A stretch of DNA of 64,000 bases from an uncultured bacterium (GCA_964568455.1 CAZMPJ010000008.1:1143-65142), one strand, 5' to 3'; positions 34,794-44,524 are shown, counted from the stretch's first letter. Numbers and translations: made by a program. Notes: generated by a model not told the origin, from the sequence alone.

Positions 34794-36888
34794 TGAAACA
34801 TTATTAAAAGATAAAATTAGCCAATTAACCGTTGAAGAAGAGTCAACTGATCTTTCAGTTTTTGTCCGCACTTCGACCGATGATATTGTGGCTTGGAGCA
34901 GGGATAAGATCATATCTGCCTTGATCAAAGAAACTGGTTTAAACCATGAAATTGCCTCTATCATTGCGATTGAAGTGGAAAAACAAATTAAAGCCATGTC
35001 AATTGAAACGATTACCGCTCCACTGGTCCGAGAGCTGGTAGACGTAAAACTTTTAGAATATGGCTTAGAAGATGCGCGGCGCAAGCATACCCGACTAGGG
35101 GTGCCGGTTTATGACGTAAAAAAGATTATTTTCCATAAAAACAAAGAAAATGCCAATTCCCCACACTCTCCTGAAGCTACCAACTTAACTTTAGCGGAAA
35201 ACATTAAAAAAGAATTCGCCTTACTCGATGTTTTTTCGCTGCCAGTGGCAGACGCACACATGCGCGGAGAAATCCATTTGCATGACTTAGGCTTTGTTGA
35301 TCGACCTTACTGCAGCGGACAATCAATTGAATACCTTAAAAAATTTGGTCTTGATTTGCCGGATTCAAAAGGAACAGCTAAGCCAGCCCAGGATGTAGAA
35401 GAGCTGATTTCTCATATCGTTAAATTTTCCACGGCCTTGCATGGCCATTTTGCCGGAGCGATTGGTTGGGACGCGGTTAATCTATTTATTGCTCCTTATC
35501 TGGAAGGTTATGGCTATGGTCACATTAAAAGGTTTGCCCGCCACTTAATTGAAGAATTTGCCAGTGTTGCGGTTAGCCGCGGCGGCCAAGGCTTGTTTTC
35601 AGACTTAAATATCTATTGGGAAGTTCCAAAACACTTTGAAAGTGTGCCTGCCATTGGTCGTGGTGGCATGTATACTGGTAAAGTTTACGCGGATTATTTA
35701 AAAGAAGCCCAGACTTTTGCTACCGCCATGTTTGAAGTTTATAAAGAAGGGGATGGCGCAGGCCGTCCGTTCTTTTTTCCAAAACCATTAGTACACATGA
35801 CCGAAAAATTCTTTAATACTCCTGGCCACGAAGGATTTTTAAATTTAATCTCTGATGTTGCCGCAGAAATGGGCAATACTTATTTTGTTTTTGACCGGGG
35901 AGAAACTGCTAAGATTTCAGAGTGTTGCAGGCTTTCTTTTAAATTAGATTATTCTGATTTGCAAGACGCTAAAGAGCCTTGGAGGATGCGCTATTCTGCC
36001 ATCCAAAATGTAACCGTTAATTTGCCGCGCATGGCTTATTTAGCTGAAAAAGATGACCAAAAACTTTTTAAGGCAATTGAAAAAGCGCTAGAAAAAGCAA
36101 TTTTGGCTCATCGCGAAAAAAGAAAGTTTATAGAAGCACTTTTGGCCGAAGGAAACGAAGGGCCTCTGTCTCTTTTGGCAACCAATCGGGACGGTGAAAG
36201 TTATCTTAGACTGCGCCGGGTAACCCATTTAGTGGGAATTTTAGGATTAAACGAACTAGTGCAATATCATATCGGAAAAGAGTTGCACGAAGACTCTCAA
36301 GCGCTGCGTTTCGGTTTAAAAGTGATTTCATTTATGAAACTAAAGTGCGAAGAGCTTTCTGAAAAACATGATTTACATTTTGTTTTAGAGCAAACCCCGG
36401 CTGAATCTACTGCTTACCGTTTTGCGAAATTGGATATGGAACATTTTACAGAGCAGGCCAGCAAAGTGGTTAAAGGAAACCGGGATGGCGGTGAGCTTTA
36501 TTATACTAACTCAACCTATTTTAATGTTTCAGAAAAAATGAATGCGATTGATAGAGTAAGGCAAGAAGGGCTTTTTCATCCTTTGATTGATGCGGGCGCC
36601 TTAACCCATGTGTGGATGGGAGAGTCAAAGCCTAATGCCGAATCGATTGCTAACTTTGTAATTAAGACTTTTAAGAACACGGAGAATGTCCAGATTGCTT
36701 TTTCCCCGGAATTTACCGCTTGCTATGATTGCGGAAAAACCGCTCGAGGCCTTAAAGAAAGATGTCCTAGCTGCACGTCAGAGAATATTGAGGGCATTAC
36801 CCGAATTACCGGGTATTTTTCTAAAGTCCCAGGTTGGAACAAAGGTAAAATTGCCGAATTAAGAGATCGCCATCGAGTAAAAATTTAA
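34786..36888 (+). CDS. nrdD: Anaerobic (class III) ribonucleoside-triphosphate reductase, copy 2 (tandem paralogue)
   Basis: It is collinear with copy 1 over its full length and keeps ISECCRLSF, CYDCG...CPSCTS and TRITGYFS. It overlaps copy 1 by 8 nt. Confidence 0.92.
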   Translation: MVNETLLKDKISQLTVEEESTDLSVFVRTSTDDIVAWSRDKIISALIKETGLNHEIASIIAIEVEKQIKAMSIETITAPLVRELVDVKLLEYGLEDARRKHTRLGVPVYDVKKIIFHKNKENANSPHSPEATNLTLAENIKKEFALLDVFSLPVADAHMRGEIHLHDLGFVDRPYCSGQSIEYLKKFGLDLPDSKGTAKPAQDVEELISHIVKFSTALHGHFAGAIGWDAVNLFIAPYLEGYGYGHIKRFARHLIEEFASVAVSRGGQGLFSDLNIYWEVPKHFESVPAIGRGGMYTGKVYADYLKEAQTFATAMFEVYKEGDGAGRPFFFPKPLVHMTEKFFNTPGHEGFLNLISDVAAEMGNTYFVFDRGETAKISECCRLSFKLDYSDLQDAKEPWRMRYSAIQNVTVNLPRMAYLAEKDDQKLFKAIEKALEKAILAHREKRKFIEALLAEGNEGPLSLLATNRDGESYLRLRRVTHLVGILGLNELVQYHIGKELHEDSQALRFGLKVISFMKLKCEELSEKHDLHFVLEQTPAESTAYRFAKLDMEHFTEQASKVVKGNRDGGELYYTNSTYFNVSEKMNAIDRVRQEGLFHPLIDAGALTHVWMGESKPNAESIANFVIKTFKNTENVQIAFSPEFTACYDCGKTARGLKERCPSCTSENIEGITRITGYFSKVPGWNKGKIAELRDRHRVKI

Positions 36889-36903
36889 AAGGAGGATCCT
36901 AAG

Positions 36904-37194
36904 ATGGAAGTAAAAGTATTTGGAAAACCAGGCTGCGAGTATTGCAAAACTACGGTAAAAAAGTTTGAGACCTTTTTAAAAAGATGGGATATTAAAGCAG
37001 AAGAAGTTAGTTTAACTTTTTTTGATATGGAAGAAGTGGATGGGTTGGCCGAGGGGGCTTTTTACGGCGTCACCAAAATTCCTTCAACTATTATAGAAGA
37101 AGAAGGGGCTGTTCTTAATATGTGGCATGGCAAAGTTCCTCTTTCTGAAGAATTTAAAGGGCATTTTACTAAGTTTTCTTTGCAAAAGAACTAA
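36904..37194 (+). CDS. Glutaredoxin/NrdH-like small redoxin
   Basis: MEVKVFGKPGCEYCKTT has a CxxC in a thioredoxin-fold context. AGGAGG is upstream, and it lies directly after nrdD. Confidence 0.7.
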   Translation: MEVKVFGKPGCEYCKTTVKKFETFLKRWDIKAEEVSLTFFDMEEVDGLAEGAFYGVTKIPSTIIEEEGAVLNMWHGKVPLSEEFKGHFTKFSLQKN

Positions 37195-38660
37195 TTTTTA
37201 GGCATAACCAGGATAGCGTTACTAATATGGCGGCTGCCCCCAGTTACGGTTTTGCCATTGATAACCATAGTGGTTGAGCTTCCACCATCAAGATTCATAG
37301 CATTATAAGCGCCTAAGTTTTTCATGAGTTCAGCCAGCTCTTCTAATGTTACTCCTATAACTGGGTAGGCTTGTCTTCTTCTATATTTTGGATTTTTAAC
37401 TGTTACCAGCAAAAGTTTTTTGTCTTTGGTGATGCCAATGGCGGTGCGGGCGGCTCTTCTCTTAGCCACGTCAGCTTGAAATTTTTCTTCATGCTTTGAA
37501 ATATAGATATAACCGTTTTTTATTAAGCGCGGCCCCCCGGAGATTAACTGAGCGATATTTTTTGGGGAGGTAGAATAAGGGATAACGTTTAATTGCAGCT
37601 GCGCGCCATCCCATTTTTTTACTTGTTCAGTTAAAACTTCAACCGCTGGCCCGGTCAAAGAAACCACATAGCCATCTTTTGGAATACGGCTGTTAGAGAG
37701 ATTGATTTCTTCTACTCTTCTTTTTGCAACTACTAACTCAATTCCTCGGGTATTGGTGCCAGTGATCTCTCCCCACCAAGGGGTGTAAAGAATAGTATCG
37801 TTGGCCCGCCGGATCTGGTTAATCCCACTGATTTTATAGCGCGGGCCATTTTGTATTTTTAAATAAGCCCGCAAAAAAACATTATCAATGTAAGGGTTGT
37901 TATCCGTGTCCAAGAAGAAAGCGGTGCGGTCATGGATGGGGTAGGAAACAATTTCACCATCAATGATTAGAGCGCCCAGCGGCCTGCCGGTGTAAGCAAA
38001 AAAGGTTCCGTTAACTGCAGCCAGAGCCTTGTGTCTTTTTGCCATATCGCTGACGCTTTCAAGGTAAAAGTGACCTTGGCTAGGATCTTTTTTGCGCCAA
38101 GGGGTTAAAAAATCAACAATTGAGCCAATTATATTTGCTTGTCCTTTGCCTGCCAGAGCGGGTTCAATTTTCACCTTTTTTAAATCTATTTTTAAGATGC
38201 TGGCTTCAATTCTGCCCTTAGGAAGCCCTTTTTTAAGTTGTAAATGTTCAACTCCGCGAGCCAATAGGCCGGAAGAGGTTATATTTAAAAATTCACGATC
38301 AAAATCAACTACCAGGCGGGGAGGATCGTTTAAATAAAAAACATTGTATTTTACCTGTTCGCTCAAAGGAATGGTGATTTTTAAGCTGCCATCATCTTGC
38401 TTTTCAACAGACAAATATTTAACCACCATATCATTAATGTCAAAATAATTGCCAATATCAGGACCAGCCTCAATTCCGCGCAGAAAAATGGCAATCTCTT
38501 CTTTGGATTCAATGGTGTCGTAAGTAAAGCTTCCGTCAAAATCAAAAACTATCCTGATTTTATCTGGGTAATGGCTAAAGCGAATGCGATATAGTATTGA
38601 GGCCTGAGCGCAACCAATTAGAATAATTAATAATAAAAGTGTTACAAAATATTTTTTCAT
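37191..38660 (-). CDS. AMIN-domain protein with a C-terminal phosphodiester glycosidase (NAGPA/DUF2233) domain
   Basis: Has a signal peptide and the AMIN signature YRIRFSHYPDKIRIVFDFDG. The C-terminus reads AARTAIGITKDKKLLLVTV...NAMNLDGGSSTTM. Confidence 0.75.
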   Translation of the reverse strand: MKKYFVTLLLLIILIGCAQASILYRIRFSHYPDKIRIVFDFDGSFTYDTIESKEEIAIFLRGIEAGPDIGNYFDINDMVVKYLSVEKQDDGSLKITIPLSEQVKYNVFYLNDPPRLVVDFDREFLNITSSGLLARGVEHLQLKKGLPKGRIEASILKIDLKKVKIEPALAGKGQANIIGSIVDFLTPWRKKDPSQGHFYLESVSDMAKRHKALAAVNGTFFAYTGRPLGALIIDGEIVSYPIHDRTAFFLDTDNNPYIDNVFLRAYLKIQNGPRYKISGINQIRRANDTILYTPWWGEITGTNTRGIELVVAKRRVEEINLSNSRIPKDGYVVSLTGPAVEVLTEQVKKWDGAQLQLNVIPYSTSPKNIAQLISGGPRLIKNGYIYISKHEEKFQADVAKRRAARTAIGITKDKKLLLVTVKNPKYRRRQAYPVIGVTLEELAELMKNLGAYNAMNLDGGSSTTMVINGKTVTGGSRHISNAILVMPKN

Positions 38661-40193
38661 TTAAGTGAGCAACTTATCTTCTTGAGTAAAATGGTCATAT
38701 TCTAATTTCTTTTGATCCCACTTAGGCAGACTTAAGCCAAGACCAATTAACAGTGTGGCAGAGAGCCATATTCCTCCTAGTAAAATCAAAGCTAAAACAT
38801 CGTAACCGCCATAAGGTTTATTGAATTCGTTAATAAAGTTTGAAACTAAAATGATAGTTAAAATACCCGGAGTAACAATCTTTATGGCAAAATCCCATAA
38901 ACGATTTACACCCCAGTCTGACACAGCATTGATATGGGTTCTAAGTACACGTGCCTTTAATACCCAACCCACAACCAGACATTCTAAGATTCCAGCAATT
39001 ACTAATCCATATTGATTAATATAATGGTCAACAATGTCCAGCCAATAAAGTCCGGCGCCAGAAGCAAAGATTAAACTGCCTAAGAAGCCGGTTAAGCACA
39101 GTAGCGAAACAACTCGCTGACGGCTAAAATCAAACTTGTCAGTAATTGCCCGGCTAAAAGCTTCAATTAAAGAAATGCCGGAAGAAATCCCGGCAATAAC
39201 TAGAGCGCCAAAAAAGATTACGCCAAAAGCTTCACGAAAAAATGGGAGCAAGGAGATTGCTTGGGGATAGGCGACAAAAGCCAGGCTGGGTCCAGATTTT
39301 ATTACTTGATTAATGGGGAGCCCACTTTTTATAGCCATATAACCTAAGACGCTAAAAACAGCAAAGCCGGTAATAAAAGAGTAAGCGCAATTTAAAACAC
39401 TGGTAATAAGAGCGTTTTTGACAATGTCAGTTCTTTTGGGTAAATAGCTGGCATAGGCGATCATAACGCCAAAGGACAGAGTTAAAGTAAAAAATATCTG
39501 GCCAAAAGCTGCCATCCAAACTTGCCAGTTGGCAATTTTGCTGAAATCCGGTTTTAAATACCATTTAATACCTTCCATTGCTCCTGGAAGGGTAAGTCCC
39601 CAGCCAACTAAAATTAGAGTCATAACAAAAAGTAAAGGCATAAAAATTAAACAAGCTTTTTCAATGCCTCGGTTAACTTCGCGAAAGCAAATAAACCAGG
39701 TAGTCAGCCAAACAAAAGCTAAAGACAGTAAAAGATGAATAGGAAGACCGTTAAGCTGAAATACCCCAGAGGATAAATGTAAGAAATCTTTTAAAAAGAA
39801 GGCTTGGGCGTCTGCGCCCCAGGCCAGATTAAAACTGTAAAAAATATAATTTACACACCAGCCAATAACTACTGAATAAAAGAGCATAATGCCAAAAGTG
39901 GCAAAGGTAGGCATCCACCAGCCCAGCCATTCAAATTTGCGGCTGATTTTAGCAAAAGCCAGAGATGATGCGCCATGTTTTTTATGGCCCAGACCGAATT
40001 CTAAGATCATCAGCGGGATGCCAGCTACTAGTAAAGCTACAAAATAGGGGATTAAGAATGCGCCGCCGCCGTTTTCATAGGTTATATAAGAAAAACGCCA
40101 GATGTTTCCCAGGCCAATAGCAGAGCCGACTGCGGCAAAGATAAATCCAAGCTGGGAACCCCAAGTGATGCGCGGTTTTTTGTGCTCAGTCAT
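38661..40193 (-). CDS. Sodium-dependent transporter, NSS/SNF family
   Basis: Contains WGSQLGFIFAAVGSAIGLGNIWRFSY and about 12 TM segments. Confidence 0.9.
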   Translation of the reverse strand: MTEHKKPRITWGSQLGFIFAAVGSAIGLGNIWRFSYITYENGGGAFLIPYFVALLVAGIPLMILEFGLGHKKHGASSLAFAKISRKFEWLGWWMPTFATFGIMLFYSVVIGWCVNYIFYSFNLAWGADAQAFFLKDFLHLSSGVFQLNGLPIHLLLSLAFVWLTTWFICFREVNRGIEKACLIFMPLLFVMTLILVGWGLTLPGAMEGIKWYLKPDFSKIANWQVWMAAFGQIFFTLTLSFGVMIAYASYLPKRTDIVKNALITSVLNCAYSFITGFAVFSVLGYMAIKSGLPINQVIKSGPSLAFVAYPQAISLLPFFREAFGVIFFGALVIAGISSGISLIEAFSRAITDKFDFSRQRVVSLLCLTGFLGSLIFASGAGLYWLDIVDHYINQYGLVIAGILECLVVGWVLKARVLRTHINAVSDWGVNRLWDFAIKIVTPGILTIILVSNFINEFNKPYGGYDVLALILLGGIWLSATLLIGLGLSLPKWDQKKLEYDHFTQEDKLLT

Positions 40194-41020
40194 GGCGAAA
40201 TTTTAGCATATACGTTATTAATAATCCATTCAGGGGTCGAAGCTCCTGCGGTTATACCAACTTTTTGTTTATTCTTTAGCCAATCTGTATTTAGCTCTTC
40301 TACGGTTTGGATTTGATGGGTTTCTGTGCCGGTTTTTTGGCACAGCTCGGTTAATCTTTTAGTATTAGCGCTCATCTTATCGCCAATGACTAAAATTAAA
40401 TCCACTTTTTTAGCTAGTTCCACTGCTGAGGTTTGTCGTTTTGTGGTTGCCCCGCAAATAGTGTTTTCTGCTTTAACATCTTTGGCCAATCTTTTAATTT
40501 CAGCCACAATCTTTTCAAAGTTTTCTTCGGTTTGGGTAGTTTGAGCCAAGATTCCAACTTTTGCTTTGATATCTTTGATATCTTCAATATTCTCGATAAC
40601 CTTAGCCATGCCTCCGCTCCAGCCAACCAACCCAATCACTTCTTTGTGGCCGCGATCCCCAACAATTATTACCATTCGCCCTTCGTCGCTAAACTGCTTA
40701 GCAATTCGCTGAGCTTTTTTTACCCAAGGGCAGGTGGTATCAATTATCTTTAGATTTAATTCCTTAGCTTTTTTGTAAACTTCAGGACCAACTCCATGAG
40801 CAGAGATAATTAAAATTCCTTTGGCATCTTTGGGAATTTCAGATAGGTCTTTGACGGTTATTACCCCGAGCTTTTTGAATTTTCCAACTACTTGGGTATT
40901 ATGCACCAAGTTCCCAAGCATATAGACTGAATTACCTTTTTGTGATTCTTCCAGCGCAATCTTATAAGCCCGGCTAACCCCTTCGCAAAACCCCGTATGT
41001 TGGGCGATTAAGATATCCAT
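40190..41020 (-). CDS. ispH: 4-hydroxy-3-methylbut-2-enyl diphosphate reductase
   Basis: Contains GFCEGVSRA, HNTQVV, DTTCPWV and SANTKRL motifs. TATAAT (plus-strand 41027-41032) lies 6 nt before the ATG. Confidence 0.93.
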   Translation of the reverse strand: MDILIAQHTGFCEGVSRAYKIALEESQKGNSVYMLGNLVHNTQVVGKFKKLGVITVKDLSEIPKDAKGILIISAHGVGPEVYKKAKELNLKIIDTTCPWVKKAQRIAKQFSDEGRMVIIVGDRGHKEVIGLVGWSGGMAKVIENIEDIKDIKAKVGILAQTTQTEENFEKIVAEIKRLAKDVKAENTICGATTKRQTSAVELAKKVDLILVIGDKMSANTKRLTELCQKTGTETHQIQTVEELNTDWLKNKQKVGITAGASTPEWIINNVYAKISP

Positions 41021-41050
41021 AAAGGCATTATAAATGAATTTTAAGAAAAA

Positions 41051-41080
41051 GTGAAATTTCTGGCCAAAAGTGTCTATATA
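41051..41080 (+). promoter_or_regulatory. Orphan-regulon promoter-like motif, copy P7
   Basis: Reads aagaaaaaGTGAAA-tttctggccaaaagtgtc(18)-TATATA. A 37-nt leader with AAGGAG precedes the ATG at 41118. Confidence 0.45.
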
Positions 41081-41117
41081 TAGTAGGAAGAACAGCTAGG
41101 AAAAGGAGAAACTAAAT

Positions 41118-41624
41118 ATGAGTTACGGACAAATAGGTGGGGTAGGTAATACATCAGGATTAGTGTGGCAATTTTTGAAGTCAGATGGCGGCACCTCAAA
41201 AGAAATTAAATATACTACTCTTACATATACTCATCCTATGGGGACATTAACAATTGCTTTCCCCAAGGGAACACATGTTCCGCAAGAGATAAGAGACATG
41301 GTCTGGAACTGTTCCGACGAGGCAAAAAGAGGAATCCCACAGAATAGGCCTTGGCGGGTTATGATTAGAATATCTGTTCAAAAAGATAAATCAGGAGAAA
41401 TTGTTGAATGGCAGATATTTTCTTCTTGCGCTTATACCTCTTCTGATGGCCAAGAAAAAAGAATTACGGGTAAGGATATGATACAAAAGTGGACTGGTGA
41501 GGCAATTGGCTCGGCGACTTCAAAGAAATACATAGCAAGGCTTCAAGAGGGTGTTAAAGGTGGAGTGTTATGTCACATCGTCCTCCGTGAGTCATTGCGT
41601 TGGCCTGATTTCAAGAAAAAGTGA
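41118..41624 (+). CDS. Orphan protein (168 aa)
   Basis: An ORF with a good SD. I recognise no family. Its last codons and stop (aag aaa aag TGA) are part of motif copy P8. Confidence 0.6.
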   Translation: MSYGQIGGVGNTSGLVWQFLKSDGGTSKEIKYTTLTYTHPMGTLTIAFPKGTHVPQEIRDMVWNCSDEAKRGIPQNRPWRVMIRISVQKDKSGEIVEWQIFSSCAYTSSDGQEKRITGKDMIQKWTGEAIGSATSKKYIARLQEGVKGGVLCHIVLRESLRWPDFKKK

Positions 41625-41650
41625 AATTTTCACTAAAAAGTGTCGATATA
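41621..41650 (+). promoter_or_regulatory. Orphan-regulon promoter-like motif, copy P8
   Basis: Reads aagaaaaaGTGAAA-ttttcactaaaaagtgtc(18)-GATATA. The surrounding ~45 bp are a near-duplicate of copy P7. Confidence 0.45.
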
Positions 41651-41689
41651 TATATAGGACCTCATACCTAGAGAAAAATCGAACATAAG

Positions 41690-41717
41690 CGGACCTGCCT
41701 GTTGGTCCGTTTTTGTT
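41690..41717 (+). terminator. Hairpin plus T-tract, either an intrinsic terminator or an attenuator
   Basis: The sequence is CGGACC-tgcctgtt-GGTCCG-TTTTTGTT. It lies downstream of both the 41118 ORF stop and motif P8, and 17 nt before the ATG at 41734. Confidence 0.5.
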
Positions 41718-41733
41718 ATTCAGGAAAAAATAT

Positions 41734-42570
41734 ATGCAAACAAAAAGCTTTTTAACTTATGCCAGAACAGTTGGACCCGAAGTAAGGATGTCACAGGCAA
41801 AGCAAATTTTTGCCAGGGTACCGTTAGCTAAGCGAAGAGGGGCAATGGAGACATTGTTCCAAGAAGGAAACCGCTTTGCTCGGCAATTAGTGCAGCACGG
41901 AGATGACAGTGTTTTAGCTGATTTTTCTCAAGCTGAAAGAGTTAGGCTTTGGCAAGATATACTACTTAATGCAGATCTTATACAACAAGGCAATGATCAT
42001 GCAATCTATTTTTGCCGCAGATTTTTTCCAACCCCAACTAAAGCAGCTGATTTTTTAGAAGCGGTTTTAACAGCTGATTCTTTAAAAGCCCATAAAGTGG
42101 AGTATTTAGCTCACTTAATGTCATGTTTGCGCTGGGATGAAATTCCAACTCACCTAAAAGAACACGAAATCTTTAAAGCCTTAGTTGCTGACGAACTGCA
42201 GCAAGGCGTTATTTCTCTTATTTCTAACAGAAATGGAGAAATGAGTAATATTGGTGACACTTATATTTGCAGCCGGGCAGAGCGATATTTTGTTACATCA
42301 CAGGCCAAACAGCTTGTTTTAGTTAATAACAACATTGTTTTTAAGCGTAATCATGGCAGGTTAGACCTGGCTGTTTGTATTCGTGATTTTGTTTCTGCTT
42401 CAGGCTATGTTTTCTTTGCTGGAATGTTTTATTTAGTAGTAGGAGAACAAAATCGACTAGCTATTAACAGTCATCCTAGAGAAGCAATGATTCAAGAAAG
42501 TATTTTTTGGCAACCAACCAGAGCCTGGAATCAAACTAGAATCGAATTCCCTGCTCCTTCATCCTACTGA
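41734..42570 (+). CDS. Orphan protein (278 aa from ATG 41734)
   Basis: A long ORF. The TTG at 41713 lies inside the terminator T-tract, so ATG 41734 is preferred. I recognise no family. Confidence 0.6.
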   Translation: MQTKSFLTYARTVGPEVRMSQAKQIFARVPLAKRRGAMETLFQEGNRFARQLVQHGDDSVLADFSQAERVRLWQDILLNADLIQQGNDHAIYFCRRFFPTPTKAADFLEAVLTADSLKAHKVEYLAHLMSCLRWDEIPTHLKEHEIFKALVADELQQGVISLISNRNGEMSNIGDTYICSRAERYFVTSQAKQLVLVNNNIVFKRNHGRLDLAVCIRDFVSASGYVFFAGMFYLVVGEQNRLAINSHPREAMIQESIFWQPTRAWNQTRIEFPAPSSY

Positions 42571-43702
42571 TAGCCTCTTTAATCCGTTTTTCCGGAATAG
42601 TGATAGCAAAGCGGACATAACCTTCACCTGATGGGCCATAGCCATTACCGGGTACAACTAAAATCCCGCATTTTTCTAGCAAAGTTTCAGTAAAAGAAGA
42701 AGAGGTTTTTCCTTTTGGCACTGGTACCCAGACATAAAAAGTAGCTTTGGGTTTGGGAAAATTCCAACCTAAAGAAACTAGGCCATCATACAAAGCATTG
42801 CGACGTTTTTCAAAAACTTTATTATGCTCATTAACACATTTTTGTGATTTAGTTAAAGCTTCAATGCCGGCAAACTGCACCGCTTTAAAAGCACCACTGT
42901 CTAGATTGGATTTAATAGTGGCCAAGGCTCCAACTGCTTCGGCGCTGCCCACGGCCATACCGATTCTCCAGCCAGTCATGTTATAAGTTTTTGAGAGCGA
43001 ATGAAATTCAATACAGACTTCTTTGGCGCCAGGAACTTCTAGCACGCTATGGGGGCTGTATCCATCGTAGCCCATTTCAGAGTAGGCCAGGTCTGAAACT
43101 AAAAGTAAATCATGCTCTTGGCAAAAATCAACGCATTTTTTAAAGAAAGCAAGATCAGCTACTGCACCGGTTGGATTATTAGGGTAATTAATGAACAAGA
43201 TTTTTGCTTCTTCCACCACATCTTTGGAAATATTTTCTAAATCAGGCAAAAAATTGTTTTCTGCGGTTAAAGGCAGAAAGTAAGGTTCTCCGCCAGCCAG
43301 CATGGTGCCGATTTTATAAACTGGATAGGCTGGATCTGGGACTAAAGCAATGTCTCCTTCATCAATAAAAGCTAAAAATAGATGGCTAATGCCTTCTTTA
43401 GAACCAATTAAAGTGCAAACTTCTTTGGTTGGATCAAGATCAACATTAAACCTTTTTTTGTACCAATCTGCTACTGCTTTTCTAAAGTCTGGCTCACCTT
43501 TTGAGGTAGGATATTGTCCTGATTCTGGTTTTTCTAGCACATCATGCATTTTTTTGAAAATATGTTTTGGCGTAGGTAAATCTGGATCGCCAATACCAAA
43601 ATCAATTACATCTATACCTTTTTTAACCAGTTCTTCTTTTTTCTCTTCAATTTTAACAAAGAGATAGGGTGGAATTTTATCTAAGCGTTTAGATTTTCTC
43701 AT
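42536..43702 (-). CDS. dapL: LL-diaminopimelate aminotransferase-type class I aminotransferase
   Basis: Contains RLDKIPPYLFVKI, NYPNNPTG and SLSKTYNMTGWRIG (PLP Lys). It is coupled by ATGA overlap to dapF upstream. Confidence 0.8.
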   Translation of the reverse strand: MRKSKRLDKIPPYLFVKIEEKKEELVKKGIDVIDFGIGDPDLPTPKHIFKKMHDVLEKPESGQYPTSKGEPDFRKAVADWYKKRFNVDLDPTKEVCTLIGSKEGISHLFLAFIDEGDIALVPDPAYPVYKIGTMLAGGEPYFLPLTAENNFLPDLENISKDVVEEAKILFINYPNNPTGAVADLAFFKKCVDFCQEHDLLLVSDLAYSEMGYDGYSPHSVLEVPGAKEVCIEFHSLSKTYNMTGWRIGMAVGSAEAVGALATIKSNLDSGAFKAVQFAGIEALTKSQKCVNEHNKVFEKRRNALYDGLVSLGWNFPKPKATFYVWVPVPKGKTSSSFTETLLEKCGILVVPGNGYGPSGEGYVRFAITIPEKRIKEAISRMKEQGIRF

Positions 43703-44499
43703 GCTGTGTAATCTCCTTCAAAAACTTTTATGGCAGGCCCGCGCATTAAGACATGACTGTCGTCAGTTAACTCAATATCCAGGTTTCCGCCGGGTAAATG
43801 AACCACTGCGCGTTTGCCGACTTTACCGGCTTTATTAGCTGCTACCACACTAGCGCAAGCTCCAGTGCCGCAAGCTAAGGTTTCTCCTGCTCCTCTTTCC
43901 CAAACTTCTACTTCGATTTCTTTATCATTTAATATTTGCACAAATTCAACGTTGGTGCGATTAGGAAAATTAGGATGATTTTCAATTTCCGGCCCAATTT
44001 CAACTACATTAACTTTTGTTAGATCATCCACAAAAATAACCGCATGCGGATTCCCCATTGAGATATTATTAATAGTATATTCCTTGTTGTTAATTGTTAA
44101 TTGTTCATTGTTAATTATTTTTGGTATCCCCATGTCGACTTCGATACCAATTACTTGTTTTTCTGGTCCAAGAATCACGGCCGGAAGCATTACGCCGGCT
44201 AAAGTTTCAACTGAAAGTACTTCTTCTTTTAATTGATCTGTTTCATAAACATGTTTAGCAAAGCATCTGATGCCATTGCCGCACATTTCTGGTTCTGATC
44301 CATCAGGATTAAGAATTTGCATGCGATAATGCGCTTTTTTTGATGGCCAAACAATCAACAACCCATCTGCGCCAATGCCAAAATGGCGATCGCAAACATC
44401 TTGAGCCAATTTCTTTAAGTCAACCTGCTCAAGATTATCTTTGCGGCTGTCAATCAGCACAAAATCATTGCCTAAACCGTGATATTTGTAAAATTTCAT
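43699..44499 (-). CDS. dapF: Diaminopimelate epimerase
   Basis: Contains MKFYKYHGLGNDFVLID, MCGNGIRC and ACGTGACA (the two catalytic Cys). The start is at 44499, not the 44721 of the raw ORF. Confidence 0.92.
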   Translation of the reverse strand: MKFYKYHGLGNDFVLIDSRKDNLEQVDLKKLAQDVCDRHFGIGADGLLIVWPSKKAHYRMQILNPDGSEPEMCGNGIRCFAKHVYETDQLKEEVLSVETLAGVMLPAVILGPEKQVIGIEVDMGIPKIINNEQLTINNKEYTINNISMGNPHAVIFVDDLTKVNVVEIGPEIENHPNFPNRTNVEFVQILNDKEIEVEVWERGAGETLACGTGACASVVAANKAGKVGKRAVVHLPGGNLDIELTDDSHVLMRGPAIKVFEGDYTA

Positions 44500-44524
44500 G
44501 ATACTTAAGATTTTAGCATAATTA

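Noticed and set aside
40326-40753. Several 70-106-aa ORFs on both strands inside ispH
   Set aside because: They all lie within the strongly conserved IspH frame and have low-complexity or Phe/Ser-rich products.
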